Part shown: piece by piece, positions 62,461-64,000 of the stretch
Numbering within the stretch: the stretch's first letter is position 1
Layout of the letters: each line of letters opens with the position of its first letter
NCBI RefSeq assembly: GCF_009914755.1
Contig: NC_060929.1
Direction: 5' to 3' (one strand)
Source of the DNA: the human T2T-CHM13v2.0 reference genome, Homo sapiens
DNA: 64,000 nt
Made by a program: the position numbers and the translations under genes
The notes under the pieces: generated by a model
Told to the model about the DNA's origin: nothing
Databases searched by the model: none
The model's input: the letters and a program-made list of their open reading frames with translations, nothing else

Positions 62461-64000
<1,540 letters not shown>

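Overview
This is AT-rich, CpG-poor primate genomic DNA, most likely human or great ape, from an intergenic or deep intronic region. It carries Alus, L1PA2-L1PA16, THE1, MLT and MER elements, and well over half of it is recognisable transposable element. I find no intact host protein-coding gene, rRNA, tRNA or CRISPR array. Every ORF with a recognisable product is a broken piece of L1 ORF1/ORF2, and the rest are Alu/LTR-derived or chance ORFs. The main structures are a ~12.6 kb nested TE stack (6870-19480), a full-length dead L1PA8A-like element with an Alu in ORF2 (49450-56225), and three 5'-inverted (twin-primed) L1 insertions, one with only a 14-nt inverted arm. There is also an MLT2A (HERV-L) solo LTR and a young L1PA2 inside a MER30. 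The most unusual spot is 57.0-57.6 kb, where one old hAT-type element carries three different insertions: a 23-bp inverted templated copy, a 165-bp direct copy of sequence from 49.2 kb, and a 38-nt non-L1/non-Alu polyadenylated retro-insert with a perfect 15-bp TSD. I cannot support a claim of a new biological system. Subfamily names come from remembered diagnostic motifs and need confirming with RepeatMasker/Dfam.
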